Below, in pieces: positions 27,818 through 38,138 of a stretch of 64,000 nucleotides of DNA. How positions within the stretch are numbered: position 1 is the stretch's first letter; the number at the start of each line of letters is the position of its first letter. The position numbers and the translations under genes are program-made. The notes below the pieces were generated by a model. That model worked only from the letters and a program-made list of their open reading frames with translations, ran no database searches and had not been told where the DNA came from. Origin of the DNA: a virus. The DNA is taken from the IMG/VR virus record IMGVR_UViG_3300045988_180522. The stretch is one strand, 5' to 3'.

Positions 27818-28849
27818 TTAAAATGGTATATCATCCGGGTCCTGGGGGAGTCCTATCATATCCCTGAGTACCCGGGTGGCCAGTTTCCTTCCATGATTTT
27901 TTGTAAGGTCACTGGGATCTTTTGATTTGTATAAAGACGGGATTTCTATCTGATGCAGGCTATATTCATCACACAGCTTCTCAGAGTACATCCTGCCGTA
28001 ATTGATTTCCTTATTGAAATCATTGTCGAACAGCACATGTATATTTTCGAACCTTTGTTTCAGTGAAGATATAACATGAGGCTTAGGGACATATCCTTCA
28101 CCTTGCAGACTTGTCGAGGGTATACCTGTGCAACACCATACACACATGGCATCCTTCCGTGAGGAAGTGATTACCAGATGGTTTCCTCTTTCAGGAAGCA
28201 GTGTCCACAGGTCCCATACAGACCTGTCATGCTTGCTTATCCATTTAAGATGGTCACTGAAAGGCTGGTAAATCTTAATGGTAGGATTTCCGTCCTTGAA
28301 TTCAACATATACATAGGCATATTTATCGGCAGGCATAGAAGTAGTCTTTCCTTCCCTGATAAAGAATATGGTGCTGATAGGATAGGTATTCGAGATATCC
28401 AGAAACCACTTATCCACTCCCTGCTTTTCCCAGAACTCATAGTCATAGGGCCTCCAGTCTCTGGTTTTCACCCTGACATCCGACCCCTGGTGTGACAGAG
28501 GGGATCCCTGTTTTCCGGAAACAGATCCTGACAATTTTTTTTTGTCAGGAACCCTCCTGATATCAGACAAATCCCTGCATAACCTCCTGAATGCCTCCTG
28601 TGCAGTACAGGCCCACATCAGGCTCAGGAGATCCAGTACCCTGCCTGAATCTCCTCTTGCCTGGTCTTTGAACCTGATATGCCCGTCCATACCCTGAAAG
28701 ATGCTCAGTGAGGGTTTCCTGTCAGGTCTGTACGGCGCATTTATTATACATGGAAGTTCCGTGATTCCCAGGTAATATGAGATTATCTGAAATTCACTTG
28801 CTATTCTGTATAGACTGTTAAGATCATCAGGACGGGCAGTCAGTATCAT
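27818..28849 (-). CDS. Primase-like protein with TOPRIM-like segment (343 aa)
   Basis: HLVITSSRKDAM...IHVLFDNDFNKE resembles a TOPRIM acidic pair (DxD). Its position is adjacent to helicase/ATPase genes. Confidence 0.35.
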   Translation of the reverse strand: MILTARPDDLNSLYRIASEFQIISYYLGITELPCIINAPYRPDRKPSLSIFQGMDGHIRFKDQARGDSGRVLDLLSLMWACTAQEAFRRLCRDLSDIRRVPDKKKLSGSVSGKQGSPLSHQGSDVRVKTRDWRPYDYEFWEKQGVDKWFLDISNTYPISTIFFIREGKTTSMPADKYAYVYVEFKDGNPTIKIYQPFSDHLKWISKHDRSVWDLWTLLPERGNHLVITSSRKDAMCVWCCTGIPSTSLQGEGYVPKPHVISSLKQRFENIHVLFDNDFNKEINYGRMYSEKLCDEYSLHQIEIPSLYKSKDPSDLTKNHGRKLATRVLRDMIGLPQDPDDIPF

Positions 28850-28865
28850 ATTATGCTGTTTTTTT

Positions 28866-29729
28866 TTATTTTTTCACCCACTTTGATTTTACTTCTTCCA
28901 CTGTGGCGGCTTTTGTTTCAGGAGCCTTGAATGTGGTAGGAGTCTCTGTATATTCCTTAAACACTTCATCTCCGAACTCCACATTCTGGTACATTCCCGC
29001 TGCCTTACATCTGGTGATGTTATTCAGGATGAAAGAACAGTTACGGGCTGCTTTTCTGCCGAATTTAGCAGGGAAGAAAGTCTGATAGTTATTGTTGTTA
29101 CTGTCTTTCTGTACTCCGAACCACACCTTGGTACAGTTATCAGGGAACAGGGAAAGAGCTTCCACTACTTCTGAGACATCCCCGGAGAAATAGTCACCGA
29201 TTCTTTCCAGTTGCAGAAGTGCAGTTTCAGGATCTTCAATCTCCTTCCATTCCTTATCCTGCGTCATATACATACGGGAGGGCACATTCAGGTGGGTACG
29301 GATAAATTCCAGTAATGAATCCTCCCCTGAATAGGCCTGTCTTACCCCCTCAGGTGAGAAATTCATATTACCGGGGATAACACAGTTGTCATAGTCTTCC
29401 TGTGACAGCCATGCTGTTTCCCCGTAGGCATTTACGCACTGACACTTATTTCCGGCAGAATTGAGCCTTGCTGTATCCCTCAGGAAGAATTTCACAGGCA
29501 GGATATCCTCTACCCCTTCAATATCAGGCTTGGTATACAGGGTAATATTCACCCATCTCACACCATCCTTTTCCCCGGTATATACAGGTTCCTTATCAAC
29601 CTTCCACCCGAATTCCTTTTCCAGCTCGTCCTTTGAAGGATTTACCAGCAGCACCTTCACCGGAGCCACTCCGGTATATAACTTCCTTGATACAGATTCT
29701 TTCGACTCTTGTGCTTGTCCTATTTTCAT
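28866..29729 (-). CDS. Hypothetical protein (287 aa), possible ssDNA-binding protein by position
   Basis: Sits between the primase-like and ATPase genes. No motif recognised. Confidence 0.3.
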   Translation of the reverse strand: MKIGQAQESKESVSRKLYTGVAPVKVLLVNPSKDELEKEFGWKVDKEPVYTGEKDGVRWVNITLYTKPDIEGVEDILPVKFFLRDTARLNSAGNKCQCVNAYGETAWLSQEDYDNCVIPGNMNFSPEGVRQAYSGEDSLLEFIRTHLNVPSRMYMTQDKEWKEIEDPETALLQLERIGDYFSGDVSEVVEALSLFPDNCTKVWFGVQKDSNNNNYQTFFPAKFGRKAARNCSFILNNITRCKAAGMYQNVEFGDEVFKEYTETPTTFKAPETKAATVEEVKSKWVKK

Positions 29730-29748
29730 ATCTTCTTACTTTAAACTG

Positions 29749-30156
29749 TTAGTCTATTCTGATCCATTTTGATGCTACTGTTTCTTCTGAAGCCTGTTCT
29801 TTTTCCCCTGCTTCCGGCTCCTCCTTACTATTTTCTGTTTCTTCTGCCGGGGCTTCCTCTTTACTTTGTTCCTGTGGCTCTCCTTCTGTTTTATTCTCCA
29901 CCTCCCGGGCCTGGGGAGTGGGTGTTTTAAGCATTTCGAAGATCAGGGCTTCTACTTCATCGGTAAATTCATTTCCTGCAAATGCAATAATGGCCTTGTT
30001 AATAGAATCCATGCTTTTGACTACTTCTTCTTTCTCTGCCATCAGATCTTCAATCTTTTTGTTCAGGGAATCAATTTTGCGGCATAGTGGTTTCAAACCT
30101 AAAATCATTCTCTTAACCTGGGCTTTCTTATAAATACCCATTTTCTTTTCTTCCAT
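29749..30156 (-). CDS. Acidic coiled-coil protein (135 aa)
   Basis: Has a Glu-rich C-terminus and heptad-like N-terminus. Confidence 0.45.
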   Translation of the reverse strand: MEEKKMGIYKKAQVKRMILGLKPLCRKIDSLNKKIEDLMAEKEEVVKSMDSINKAIIAFAGNEFTDEVEALIFEMLKTPTPQAREVENKTEGEPQEQSKEEAPAEETENSKEEPEAGEKEQASEETVASKWIRID

Positions 30157-30215
30157 AATTTAAAGCTTTAAATAATTAATAATAAATATATAACTCTGAG
30201 TTATCTGAGTACAGT

Positions 30216-30893
30216 TTAATAATATTCCTCAATAGCCTTGAACACGATATTCAGGTCATTCGGGATGGTATCTTCTGAGAACATATCTTCCGGTGTCTTG
30301 GCAGGAATTTCCACTCCATTCAGTCTCATTTTGTGGGTATAGAATTTAAATTCCGGCTTTCCGTCTTTCCCGAATGAAGGGGAGCAATACAGGCAGATGG
30401 CCACTACCTCTAATGGATTATAGTGCTCATCCACCATCCGGCCCACAGTTTTACATTTCTTTCCTACTATGGCCTTGTCATTCACTACGTCATCATCATG
30501 CATCATCATACATACGATGAGGTCCCTGCGTGCATTCTCCACTGTTTCCATAATAGTCTGGAAGTGCAGTGCTATCTCCGTGAATTTCGAGTATCCCACC
30601 ACATTGACTTTCTGGAACAGTTCCTTCTCCATGATGTATCTGGCATCATCAATAATGATATATTTGATGTGCGGGCCTTCATCAGAAATGGTCTGTATAG
30701 TGGATGCTATACTATCCCATGCTGTCAGGTGAAGGAGGTTATCCTTGTCTTCCGAGAAGATTTTCTCCGATCCTCTGAATGGCAGTGGTTTGTTTGTCAC
30801 ATTAATAATTACCGTACTTTCCGGATTGAGGTTCTTTACTGACCGGGTTTTCCCGGACCCTGTAGGACCTACTACAATCATCATTTTTCCCAT
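30216..30893 (-). CDS. P-loop NTPase (225 aa), Sak4/AAA_24-like replication-recombination ATPase candidate
   Basis: Walker A is VGPTGSGKT and Walker B is YIIIDDA. Confidence 0.5.
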   Translation of the reverse strand: MGKMMIVVGPTGSGKTRSVKNLNPESTVIINVTNKPLPFRGSEKIFSEDKDNLLHLTAWDSIASTIQTISDEGPHIKYIIIDDARYIMEKELFQKVNVVGYSKFTEIALHFQTIMETVENARRDLIVCMMMHDDDVVNDKAIVGKKCKTVGRMVDEHYNPLEVVAICLYCSPSFGKDGKPEFKFYTHKMRLNGVEIPAKTPEDMFSEDTIPNDLNIVFKAIEEYY

Positions 30894-32107
30894 AACTGTT
30901 TTACTTTTTCAGATATTAAAAAACTCATTCTTCTTATTTTATACCATATACTTACCGGTGTTGATTTCCTCATGAAAGACAGCATTCCTGGCATGGAATC
31001 ATGGGCCTCCGCATACCTGTAGAAATCTTCCATTTCCTTTTCCTGAAAGGACTTGGGCATCTCGTCGAAGATGGATACAGCACCGTCGAACAGGAGTGGA
31101 AGTATTTCTCCTGTAGCATCCCCATCCCTGTCTTCAAGGACCTTCACAAACCTGGCATAATTTCTCAGACGTGATATGTCATATCCCTTGTATCCTGACA
31201 GTCCCATCTTAAATGGTGAGTATATCCCGAACAGCATATTCAGGTCCCTGCATATCTCCTTACTGTTACCAAGCCCTGCGGAAGTAGGTTCTCCCTTATT
31301 AAACTTAAAGGAATCCTTATCTTCTACAGACTGGGCCTGATGCTGTATGACAATAAAGGTATAGTTCAGCAGATCCCTTGCTGCAACAATATACTTCGAC
31401 AGCTTGTTTATATTCTGTCTCTCTGTAAACTCCCTTTCAATGGACAGGTTAGCCAGGTTATCTATAATAATTATCTCATAGATATCCTCATTATCAGGTT
31501 TATACCCTATTACTCCTTCCTGTTTCTCAGGATCCCTGAAGATATAATGCCCGTGTGCCAGAGCTCTCTCCTTTATAGCCTTATTGATACCTGTAGGATT
31601 CCTCTGGTCGGTAATATATTCTACTGTCTCCTCCCATTCTTCACATATATGCCTGAACTCATCGGATTCCATTACCTTCATAGCCTCATCCGGGAATCTC
31701 ACTCCTTTTCCCACACTCTTGGCCTGTCTGGGAGAATACCTCATAGATCCTCCTGATATCCTGTACAGGGCATGGCACATAAATTCCAGCATCTTATATG
31801 AAGGGCTCATCTCCAGGGTGAAATACATACAATGTATCTCAGGCCCGTTGTTTTCTATCATATCGAAGAAAGGCTCATACAGGAAGGTATAATCAGTCCA
31901 CTTTGATTTGGCTGATTTCTGGTTCCCCGTAATACCATAATACTTACCCTTCTCCTGGCCCGGGAAACATCCCCTGAATCTTTCATAAGGGAAAACTATA
32001 CAATTGGGATCTTCCCCTTGCAGGGATTCCCTGTTCTTTCGTATAGTCCCCATTACTGTTTCGTACAGACTCATTTCTTTCCCAGGGTTATGAATATGGT
32101 AAAACAC
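30881..32107 (-). CDS. DnaB-family (SF4) replicative helicase, RecA-like domain (408 aa)
   Basis: Walker A is YGITGNQKSAKSKW, Walker B is EIIIIDNLANL, and SAGLGNSKEICRDLNMLFGIY is the H4-type motif. Confidence 0.55.
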   Translation of the reverse strand: MFYHIHNPGKEMSLYETVMGTIRKNRESLQGEDPNCIVFPYERFRGCFPGQEKGKYYGITGNQKSAKSKWTDYTFLYEPFFDMIENNGPEIHCMYFTLEMSPSYKMLEFMCHALYRISGGSMRYSPRQAKSVGKGVRFPDEAMKVMESDEFRHICEEWEETVEYITDQRNPTGINKAIKERALAHGHYIFRDPEKQEGVIGYKPDNEDIYEIIIIDNLANLSIEREFTERQNINKLSKYIVAARDLLNYTFIVIQHQAQSVEDKDSFKFNKGEPTSAGLGNSKEICRDLNMLFGIYSPFKMGLSGYKGYDISRLRNYARFVKVLEDRDGDATGEILPLLFDGAVSIFDEMPKSFQEKEMEDFYRYAEAHDSMPGMLSFMRKSTPVSIWYKIRRMSFLISEKVKQLWEK

Positions 32108-32219
32108 AGAAAATCTATCCCCAGTGATACCAGTCTTTTATGAGGGAGGAGTTTCTTATCCCAGCAGATTCCTACTCCCAGCCCGATGTTTTTATGGGCC
32201 ATAAAATCAAATTCAAGTC

Positions 32220-32810
32220 TCATCTCAGTCTGTCTAAATGTGTTACTATTCTTTCATCTTTGTTCTCAATAAAATTCAATAAATCCGAAGAAGGTTCAGA
32301 TACTCCTCCTCCGAAGGATTTTTCCCTGAATATGAAGTACTTGAGAAGTTTCATCATATCATAGTTTCCTTCGAAGGATTTCACATATCTTTCCGTTGCT
32401 TCTTCTATCTCCTCATCACTGAATTCCCCGTATAATGAGAAGAATGTTTTAAGTCTTCTTTCTATCAGCTTTACTGAATCTGTCCAGTAATATCTTTTGC
32501 CGGATACTTCCTTGCATCCTCTGGGATATATTTCCTTGAGTCTTTTACAGAGAGGACCCAGATCCCTTTTCTTTATGGTCTCACTTTCCAGCAATATATC
32601 ATGGACAATATCACAGGCTTTATCCGGAAGAAACCATTCATCATCACCATCTCTTTTAAGGCTTAGCAGGCCCTTTTTTACCAGTTCATCCTTCAGTTTC
32701 ATAAACTGCGGAACAGTGTCAAAGGTAATAAGAATAAGGGCCTCTTCCAAGGTAAGCCCGTACATTTCACATGCTTTTTTCTTTAGTCTGATTTCTACTG
32801 TATTCATCAT
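32220..32810 (-). CDS. Hypothetical protein (196 aa)
   Basis: ORF with a 4-nt overlap with the SF2 helicase gene. Confidence 0.5.
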   Translation of the reverse strand: MMNTVEIRLKKKACEMYGLTLEEALILITFDTVPQFMKLKDELVKKGLLSLKRDGDDEWFLPDKACDIVHDILLESETIKKRDLGPLCKRLKEIYPRGCKEVSGKRYYWTDSVKLIERRLKTFFSLYGEFSDEEIEEATERYVKSFEGNYDMMKLLKYFIFREKSFGGGVSEPSSDLLNFIENKDERIVTHLDRLR

Positions 32811-33961
32811 ATCATCAATGTTTTAGCAGGTATTTTTATCTCATCGAGGGCTTTACGGAGATATTCTTCATCCTTTGTATTTTCAACATACAGAATATAT
32901 ACTTTAGGATCCTTTCCCCTCAGGCTCCTCCCTACTTTTTGCAGAAATCCCCTTATCTCTCCGTCCAGCTGTACTATAATACATACTTCTATGTCTGTCA
33001 GGTTCAGTCCTTCCTGAGCCATACCCACAGAATACAGGCAATTGGATTCCCTGTTATTGAACCTGTTTATGCTGTCCTGGGAATTATTCTTTTTTGAGTG
33101 TATGTCATTCCCGTGTCCCAGTGCTGCAGCCTGTTCAATACTTGAACAGAAGCATATGTACCTTCTGTTATCCAGGTTTTCCCTCTTTATAAGCTCCCTG
33201 ACAGCATCCGTCTTTATACTTCCCAGGAATCTTTTCCTTTCAGATCCTGCCTTCATCCACCTTATTCTCTGGTATTCCTGTCCTCCGTGTATATACATTC
33301 TTTTCAGCATCTCCACCTGTCTGTCCAGTCTTTCGTAGATCTGCTGTTCAGAGCATCTGACCTGTTTTTTCTCCTTTCCTTTTCCTGACGGCAGGTAAAC
33401 TGTATTTACAGGTTCACGCCCCAGGGCCAGGGGGGTGAGGATTATTTCAGGGAAGGGGACAAGGTTCCATTTTATAGCATCTTCAAGGGTTACAACGGAT
33501 TTTATTATCCTCGGAAACCTGTATTTTATACTGTTGAATATACTGTCTTTCAGGGTGGCTGTAAGACCCAGTACCCTGTAGGCATCTATATCCCACAGAC
33601 AATCCATCCTCTTTTCAGATCCTATGTGATGCATCTCATCCATGATAAGGAGGTCATATTCACCCTTACATTTGTGAATGGACTGGTAGCATTCCATCTT
33701 TATATCCATAAGCAGGGTCCCGGAGAGCCATTTGTCCATTTCCTCCTTCCAGTTCTGCCTGTGGGCAGTCTCAGCAATAAGGATAAGGACTTTCAGGGGG
33801 ATATCTATCCCGTCAGCCTTCTTCTCCCTTGCCAGCTCCTCCATAATGAGCAGGGAAGCCTTTGTCTTCCCTGTTCCTGTGGCCCATTCCAGTATAAGGA
33901 ACGGGTTATCCCTGGCAGTCTCCACTGCCATCTTCTGTAATTGTTCCTTTGTTGTTTTCAT
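32807..33961 (-). CDS. SF2 DExH-box helicase (384 aa)
   Basis: Motif I is WATGTGKT, motif II is LIMDEMHH, motif III is GLTATL and motif VI is QKVGRSLRG. Confidence 0.65.
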   Translation of the reverse strand: MKTTKEQLQKMAVETARDNPFLILEWATGTGKTKASLLIMEELAREKKADGIDIPLKVLILIAETAHRQNWKEEMDKWLSGTLLMDIKMECYQSIHKCKGEYDLLIMDEMHHIGSEKRMDCLWDIDAYRVLGLTATLKDSIFNSIKYRFPRIIKSVVTLEDAIKWNLVPFPEIILTPLALGREPVNTVYLPSGKGKEKKQVRCSEQQIYERLDRQVEMLKRMYIHGGQEYQRIRWMKAGSERKRFLGSIKTDAVRELIKRENLDNRRYICFCSSIEQAAALGHGNDIHSKKNNSQDSINRFNNRESNCLYSVGMAQEGLNLTDIEVCIIVQLDGEIRGFLQKVGRSLRGKDPKVYILYVENTKDEEYLRKALDEIKIPAKTLMI

Positions 33962-34472
33962 TTTTCTGACAGTGCTGTTTTTCCGATTTGTGTATTAACT
34001 CTGAGGCTATCTCTTTTACTTTGTCTGTTATATCCCTGTCATATACAGCCTTGCCCGGATCTATGGTCTTATGCATGTCGTACTGTACTTTAATTACTAC
34101 TTTCACAAGATCATCTATACCTACCAGATAGCCAGTATCTTCAGCGATTTCTGCAGCCAGTTCCTCCAGTTTATTAAGAATACAGTACTTCTCGTATGTT
34201 TCTTTGTTCAGTATAAAGGAAGGATAGTCTTTATCATTAGCCTCCATTAACTCATACAGTCCCCGGCCATTTTCTGAACACAGCAGTACAGGGACATACT
34301 GTATGAGGTTGTTATATGCTTCCACAGCTTCCTTTAATCTGTCTTTTACACACAGAAGATTTTCCTTAGTAATGTCTATATAGGAGAATTCTCCTTTCTC
34401 CAGATCTTCAGGAGTTATTTTTATAATGCAGTATTTCATAATGTATTGAAAAATAGTTTTATATTTCCCCAT
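33906..34472 (-). CDS. Hypothetical protein (188 aa)
   Basis: ORF in the - strand block. Confidence 0.45.
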   Translation of the reverse strand: MGKYKTIFQYIMKYCIIKITPEDLEKGEFSYIDITKENLLCVKDRLKEAVEAYNNLIQYVPVLLCSENGRGLYELMEANDKDYPSFILNKETYEKYCILNKLEELAAEIAEDTGYLVGIDDLVKVVIKVQYDMHKTIDPGKAVYDRDITDKVKEIASELIHKSEKQHCQKNENNKGTITEDGSGDCQG

Positions 34473-34807
34473 ATTTTAAGGTATACAGGAGCATTTGGGG
34501 ATATGGGGGTTATCTTCCTGTATCTCATACTTACCAGATAGTGTCTCCTTATATAGGCTACTTTTTTGAATCCCCTCCTGTTGTATATATCTATCCAGTA
34601 TGTTGAATTGCCTACAGGCATCAGTACCTTATGTTTTACCAGCAAAGTAGCAGTCTCACCGACATATCCCAGATCCTTTATAAGTTCCAGTAATTCCTTG
34701 TAAGTAATCTGTTGCAGTCCGTAAGCTTTAAATACTTCCTGTATTTTCCTGTATCCTATACCGGATTTAGGGAACCGGCTTTTCCTTGTTTTTTTTTCTT
34801 TATTCAT
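34436..34807 (-). CDS. Basic hypothetical protein (123 aa), possible DNA-binding
   Basis: The N-terminus is Lys/Arg-rich. Confidence 0.4.
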   Translation of the reverse strand: MNKEKKTRKSRFPKSGIGYRKIQEVFKAYGLQQITYKELLELIKDLGYVGETATLLVKHKVLMPVGNSTYWIDIYNRRGFKKVAYIRRHYLVSMRYRKITPISPNAPVYLKIWGNIKLFFNTL

Positions 34808-34834
34808 TGTTTCTCTGTTTCTTAATCCGACTAT

Positions 34835-35686
34835 TTATTCTGATAATTCATCCTCTCCAGGCCCTGATCTTCTGACAAGTTTTTCCTTGTATATGTCTGT
34901 TAGTTCACACAATACCTGCATTCTCGTGTCTGTATCATGTTTATCCCACCAGTAACCATCATATGATATACCGGACGGAGCAAATCTGTCCTTATTGAAT
35001 TCAGGGAAATAATAACTCAATAATGCGGGAACATTCGGTAGTAATGGTTTTATTCCCCTGTGATAGTAGAACTTCGGCCGGCACTGGAGTGCTTCTGTCA
35101 GAACCACGCACAACCCGTAATATGGTCCTGATTTCAGAATAGTTTTGGCGTCTCCTAAGACATCTATCTTTTCGGCTACAGTCATAGGGCAGGCAGGAGA
35201 GATAAAACCATATGGGTATTCGAAACTGTTTGTGTGAATGAGCAGACGGCTGAAATTATTGGAGTCCTCCTTCCACAAGTCTTTTAATGCAGAACCTCCG
35301 GGTAATAAATCATCCAGATCATATGCATAAGAATGTGTAACATCATAGCCCAGCATATCAGAATACTCTTTTCTGTAGCTGAGCTCGAAATCCTCCCATG
35401 ATCCGTCTGTAATACAGCGGGCGAGAATTTCTGTTATTTCTGATCTGTCAGCAGACTTAGTGAGAAATTTTACACAGTTTCTTGAGAAAACACTGATATC
35501 TTCAGGACTTGTCACTTCATTCATTAAAAGATTCCTGAAATTAACCAGCCTGATTCCCTCTATAAGCTGGGTACTCTCACCGCATCCATCCAGGTATAAT
35601 TCAACTGCTTTGTTAAAATCCGCTCTTCTCAGGGATTTCATAATTATGTTGTGAATAGCCCTGATTGTGTATAATATAGGTGACAT
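34835..35686 (-). CDS. Paralog family B member (283 aa)
   Basis: Shares the C-terminal block YFPEFNKDRF...GYWWDKHD...R...LCELTDIYKEK with the 36021-36881 and 36844-37629 products. Confidence 0.6.
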   Translation of the reverse strand: MSPILYTIRAIHNIIMKSLRRADFNKAVELYLDGCGESTQLIEGIRLVNFRNLLMNEVTSPEDISVFSRNCVKFLTKSADRSEITEILARCITDGSWEDFELSYRKEYSDMLGYDVTHSYAYDLDDLLPGGSALKDLWKEDSNNFSRLLIHTNSFEYPYGFISPACPMTVAEKIDVLGDAKTILKSGPYYGLCVVLTEALQCRPKFYYHRGIKPLLPNVPALLSYYFPEFNKDRFAPSGISYDGYWWDKHDTDTRMQVLCELTDIYKEKLVRRSGPGEDELSE

Positions 35687-35707
35687 TTCTTTAAGTATTA
35701 ATTTTAA

Positions 35708-36009
35708 TTATTTTTTACTATGTACTTTCTGTTCATATATGGATATCAGTGTATTGAAAGCTTCTATTCTTCTTTTACGGTCATATTCAGGCCACCAGTA
35801 CTCATTTGGTCCCTTATATCCAAGACCGAATGTGCCGGGGTTAAATTCCGGTTGAGAAGGCTGATAAGGTTTCTGGTAAACAAACCGTATATTCCCCTGT
35901 TGTCAGGAAGGTCCATAAGATCATACATGTCCAGAACCCGACCAGGATTATTGTTATATTCATCCAATAACCAGGTCATTAAAGGCCGTATTCTGTCTAT
36001 TATGTTCAT
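35708..36009 (-). pseudogene. Frameshifted or truncated family B paralog (C-terminal domain only)
   Basis: Frame A (MNIIDRIRPLMTW...LPDNRG) switches by -1 at ...AACAGGGGAAUA... into a frame encoding NIRFVYQKPYQPSQPEFNPGTFGLGYKGPNEYWWPEYDRKRRIEAFNTLISIYEQK*, which matches the family B C-terminal block. Confidence 0.5.
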
Positions 36010-36020
36010 AATAAAATGTT

Positions 36021-36881
36021 TTAGTATCTGTCTTGTGTATATAGTTTTATCAGTTTGTCAAAGGCAGCCAGTCTGGCCTTCCGGTTATTCAGATCCCACC
36101 AGTAACTGCATGTGGGCACGTACCTGCCTTTAATATACATACTGTTGAATTCATGGATATAGTCAGTTATTACTATGGGATCACTGTCATTATTGAATCC
36201 CTGACCGTAATGAAATAAAGGACAACATAGCAAAGCCAAACGCATACTCTTACACATCCCATTGGAATATTCTTCTGAATACAGTAATCTGGCATCTCTC
36301 AGAATATCTGCCTTGTTCATAAATCCGGGTATCCGTACAGACATCATATCATGTGACCTGCGTAAACATTGTAATATGTAATATGCCCGGTCTTTATTCT
36401 TAAGGCTGATAAAGCCAGCTTCACCAATACATAAAGGGATAGTATGGAATAAAGACTGATTAAAATCCTTTGGCAATCTTATACCTGTGCAGATCTGATA
36501 TGAATTTATTATACTGTCACACATTTTTTCATAGGTACTGTGAAAATCAGCGTTTAACAGGATGGATACAATGTCATAATAGTTGATAACATGATAGATG
36601 TAATTTATAATACACCTCATCCATTGTACGGCAGACAGACTATCATCCGATTTATTGAGATGAGGGATGAAATTCCTGTACCATAAGTTCTGATAAGGAG
36701 TATTATGACTGCTGACCATCTTTGATAACAGCTCATTCCCTGTCATACAGGTGCCGGGATCATCAATGTGAAGGTCATAAAGAAAGTTATACATATCTGT
36801 GATGTAATCCTTAATATTTTTGTCCATAGTAAAATAGTTGAAATTAATGTTCAGGATCTTTATATAAAGAAAGAAGATCAT
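36021..36881 (-). CDS. Paralog family B member (286 aa)
   Basis: Carries C-terminal CSYWWDLNNRKARLAAFDKLIKLY. Confidence 0.6.
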   Translation of the reverse strand: MIFFLYIKILNINFNYFTMDKNIKDYITDMYNFLYDLHIDDPGTCMTGNELLSKMVSSHNTPYQNLWYRNFIPHLNKSDDSLSAVQWMRCIINYIYHVINYYDIVSILLNADFHSTYEKMCDSIINSYQICTGIRLPKDFNQSLFHTIPLCIGEAGFISLKNKDRAYYILQCLRRSHDMMSVRIPGFMNKADILRDARLLYSEEYSNGMCKSMRLALLCCPLFHYGQGFNNDSDPIVITDYIHEFNSMYIKGRYVPTCSYWWDLNNRKARLAAFDKLIKLYTQDRY

Positions 36882-37629
36882 TAAAAGTCCTCAGCCTTGA
36901 TGACTTGTCAGATATAGGCCACCAGAAACTACCAGAATTTTTAATGTCACCGTATCTGTCATTGTTGAACTCAGGAAAATAATTATTTATATCAGGACTA
37001 TTGAAAAGTATCCCCTTGCCTGTACAGGCTTTCGGACATGATACAATCCCGCGGTTTAAAGAATAACACATGCCCTGGGATAAGGTACAGCCCTCATAAA
37101 TCTTCTTCGAGTCTTTCAGAATATTATACCTCTCCTGTCTCGTAAGATAAGTATGACTCACCAAATCATTACGGCCCACAAGAGCATTCATTATTATACA
37201 GTACCTCTCACTCGTACATTCACAGGAAAATTCATCAGCAGAAATGTTAAGGTAAAGAAGAGAGGAAGGTGAATAATCAGTGTGAGAGGGAAGGAGAATA
37301 CCTGTCACCTCACACCATGGCTTTCTGATACTGTCCGTGAATACCTTCCATGTACCAGCTATATCAGAAACACTCAGTATTAAAAGAACTTCATGCATGC
37401 TTAAACATGACCCTATATGACTGATAAGACGGTTTATCCAATCACAAGGCATAAGAGAAGAATTATCACCTGATAAGTGATGCAGAAGATTGTGAATAAA
37501 TACATATTCCGCACTGTTATCCGGAATCAGAAAACCTCCTGATATGTCATCCGGAGATAACTTCCTCTCAGGAGATTTATACATGCAGGTACGAAGATGT
37601 TTGTAAAGATGTTTGAAATACTCTTTCAT
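36844..37629 (-). CDS. Paralog family B member (261 aa), first gene of the - strand block
   Basis: Carries C-terminal YFPEFNNDRYGDIKNSGSFWWPISDKSSRLRTFNDLLSLYKD. Confidence 0.6.
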   Translation of the reverse strand: MKEYFKHLYKHLRTCMYKSPERKLSPDDISGGFLIPDNSAEYVFIHNLLHHLSGDNSSLMPCDWINRLISHIGSCLSMHEVLLILSVSDIAGTWKVFTDSIRKPWCEVTGILLPSHTDYSPSSLLYLNISADEFSCECTSERYCIIMNALVGRNDLVSHTYLTRQERYNILKDSKKIYEGCTLSQGMCYSLNRGIVSCPKACTGKGILFNSPDINNYFPEFNNDRYGDIKNSGSFWWPISDKSSRLRTFNDLLSLYKDPEH

Positions 37630-38078
37630 GATAAATGAATTTGATAAGAGTTAACAGTTAAGGAAATGTAACCCCGAAATTAAAGAATTTTATATAGTAT
37701 ATAAGGAGAATTTTTAGCAAAGTAATGTACTCTGAAACCCTAAGAATGATAAGGTTTGGGGAAGATAAAGAAGGAAAAAGACAGGGTAAAAACATGTACT
37801 TATATCATAATAGAAGGTGATAAAGGTATGAAAAATAGTAATAGGCAGAAAGTTAGGGAAGGGGGAGGAGGTTGATAATCAGGCACTTAGCCCACTTTTC
37901 ACTTTCATAATAACAGCTTCTCGGTTGTTTGCCTCTTACATATTTTCAGCCACTTCTTCAATTATTAGTACATAAGAACTTCCCATTTGCTACTCTGAGA
38001 CTTCATAAGAACAGGTGTTTTATATCCTTAGCATTTCCTTCTCATTCTTTTAGTACTTGAGTGCTTAAATAAACGAGT

Positions 38079-38110
38079 AAAAAAAAGGCAGTGAGCCGGA
38101 GCTTACTGCC
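38079..38110 (-). terminator. Intrinsic terminator of the 38139-38525 gene
   Basis: On the - strand it reads GGCAGUAAGC-UCCG-GCUCACUGCC followed by U8. Confidence 0.7.
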
Positions 38111-38138
38111 TTGATACTGTGTGATTTGGTGTTTTTTT

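Noticed and set aside
28529-28550. CCTGACAA-T9-TTGTCAGG palindrome inside the primase-like gene
   Set aside because: It is in-frame, encoding PDKKKLSG, and has no U-tract after the stem on the mRNA strand. It is probably coincidental or a minor structural element, not a terminator or frameshift site.
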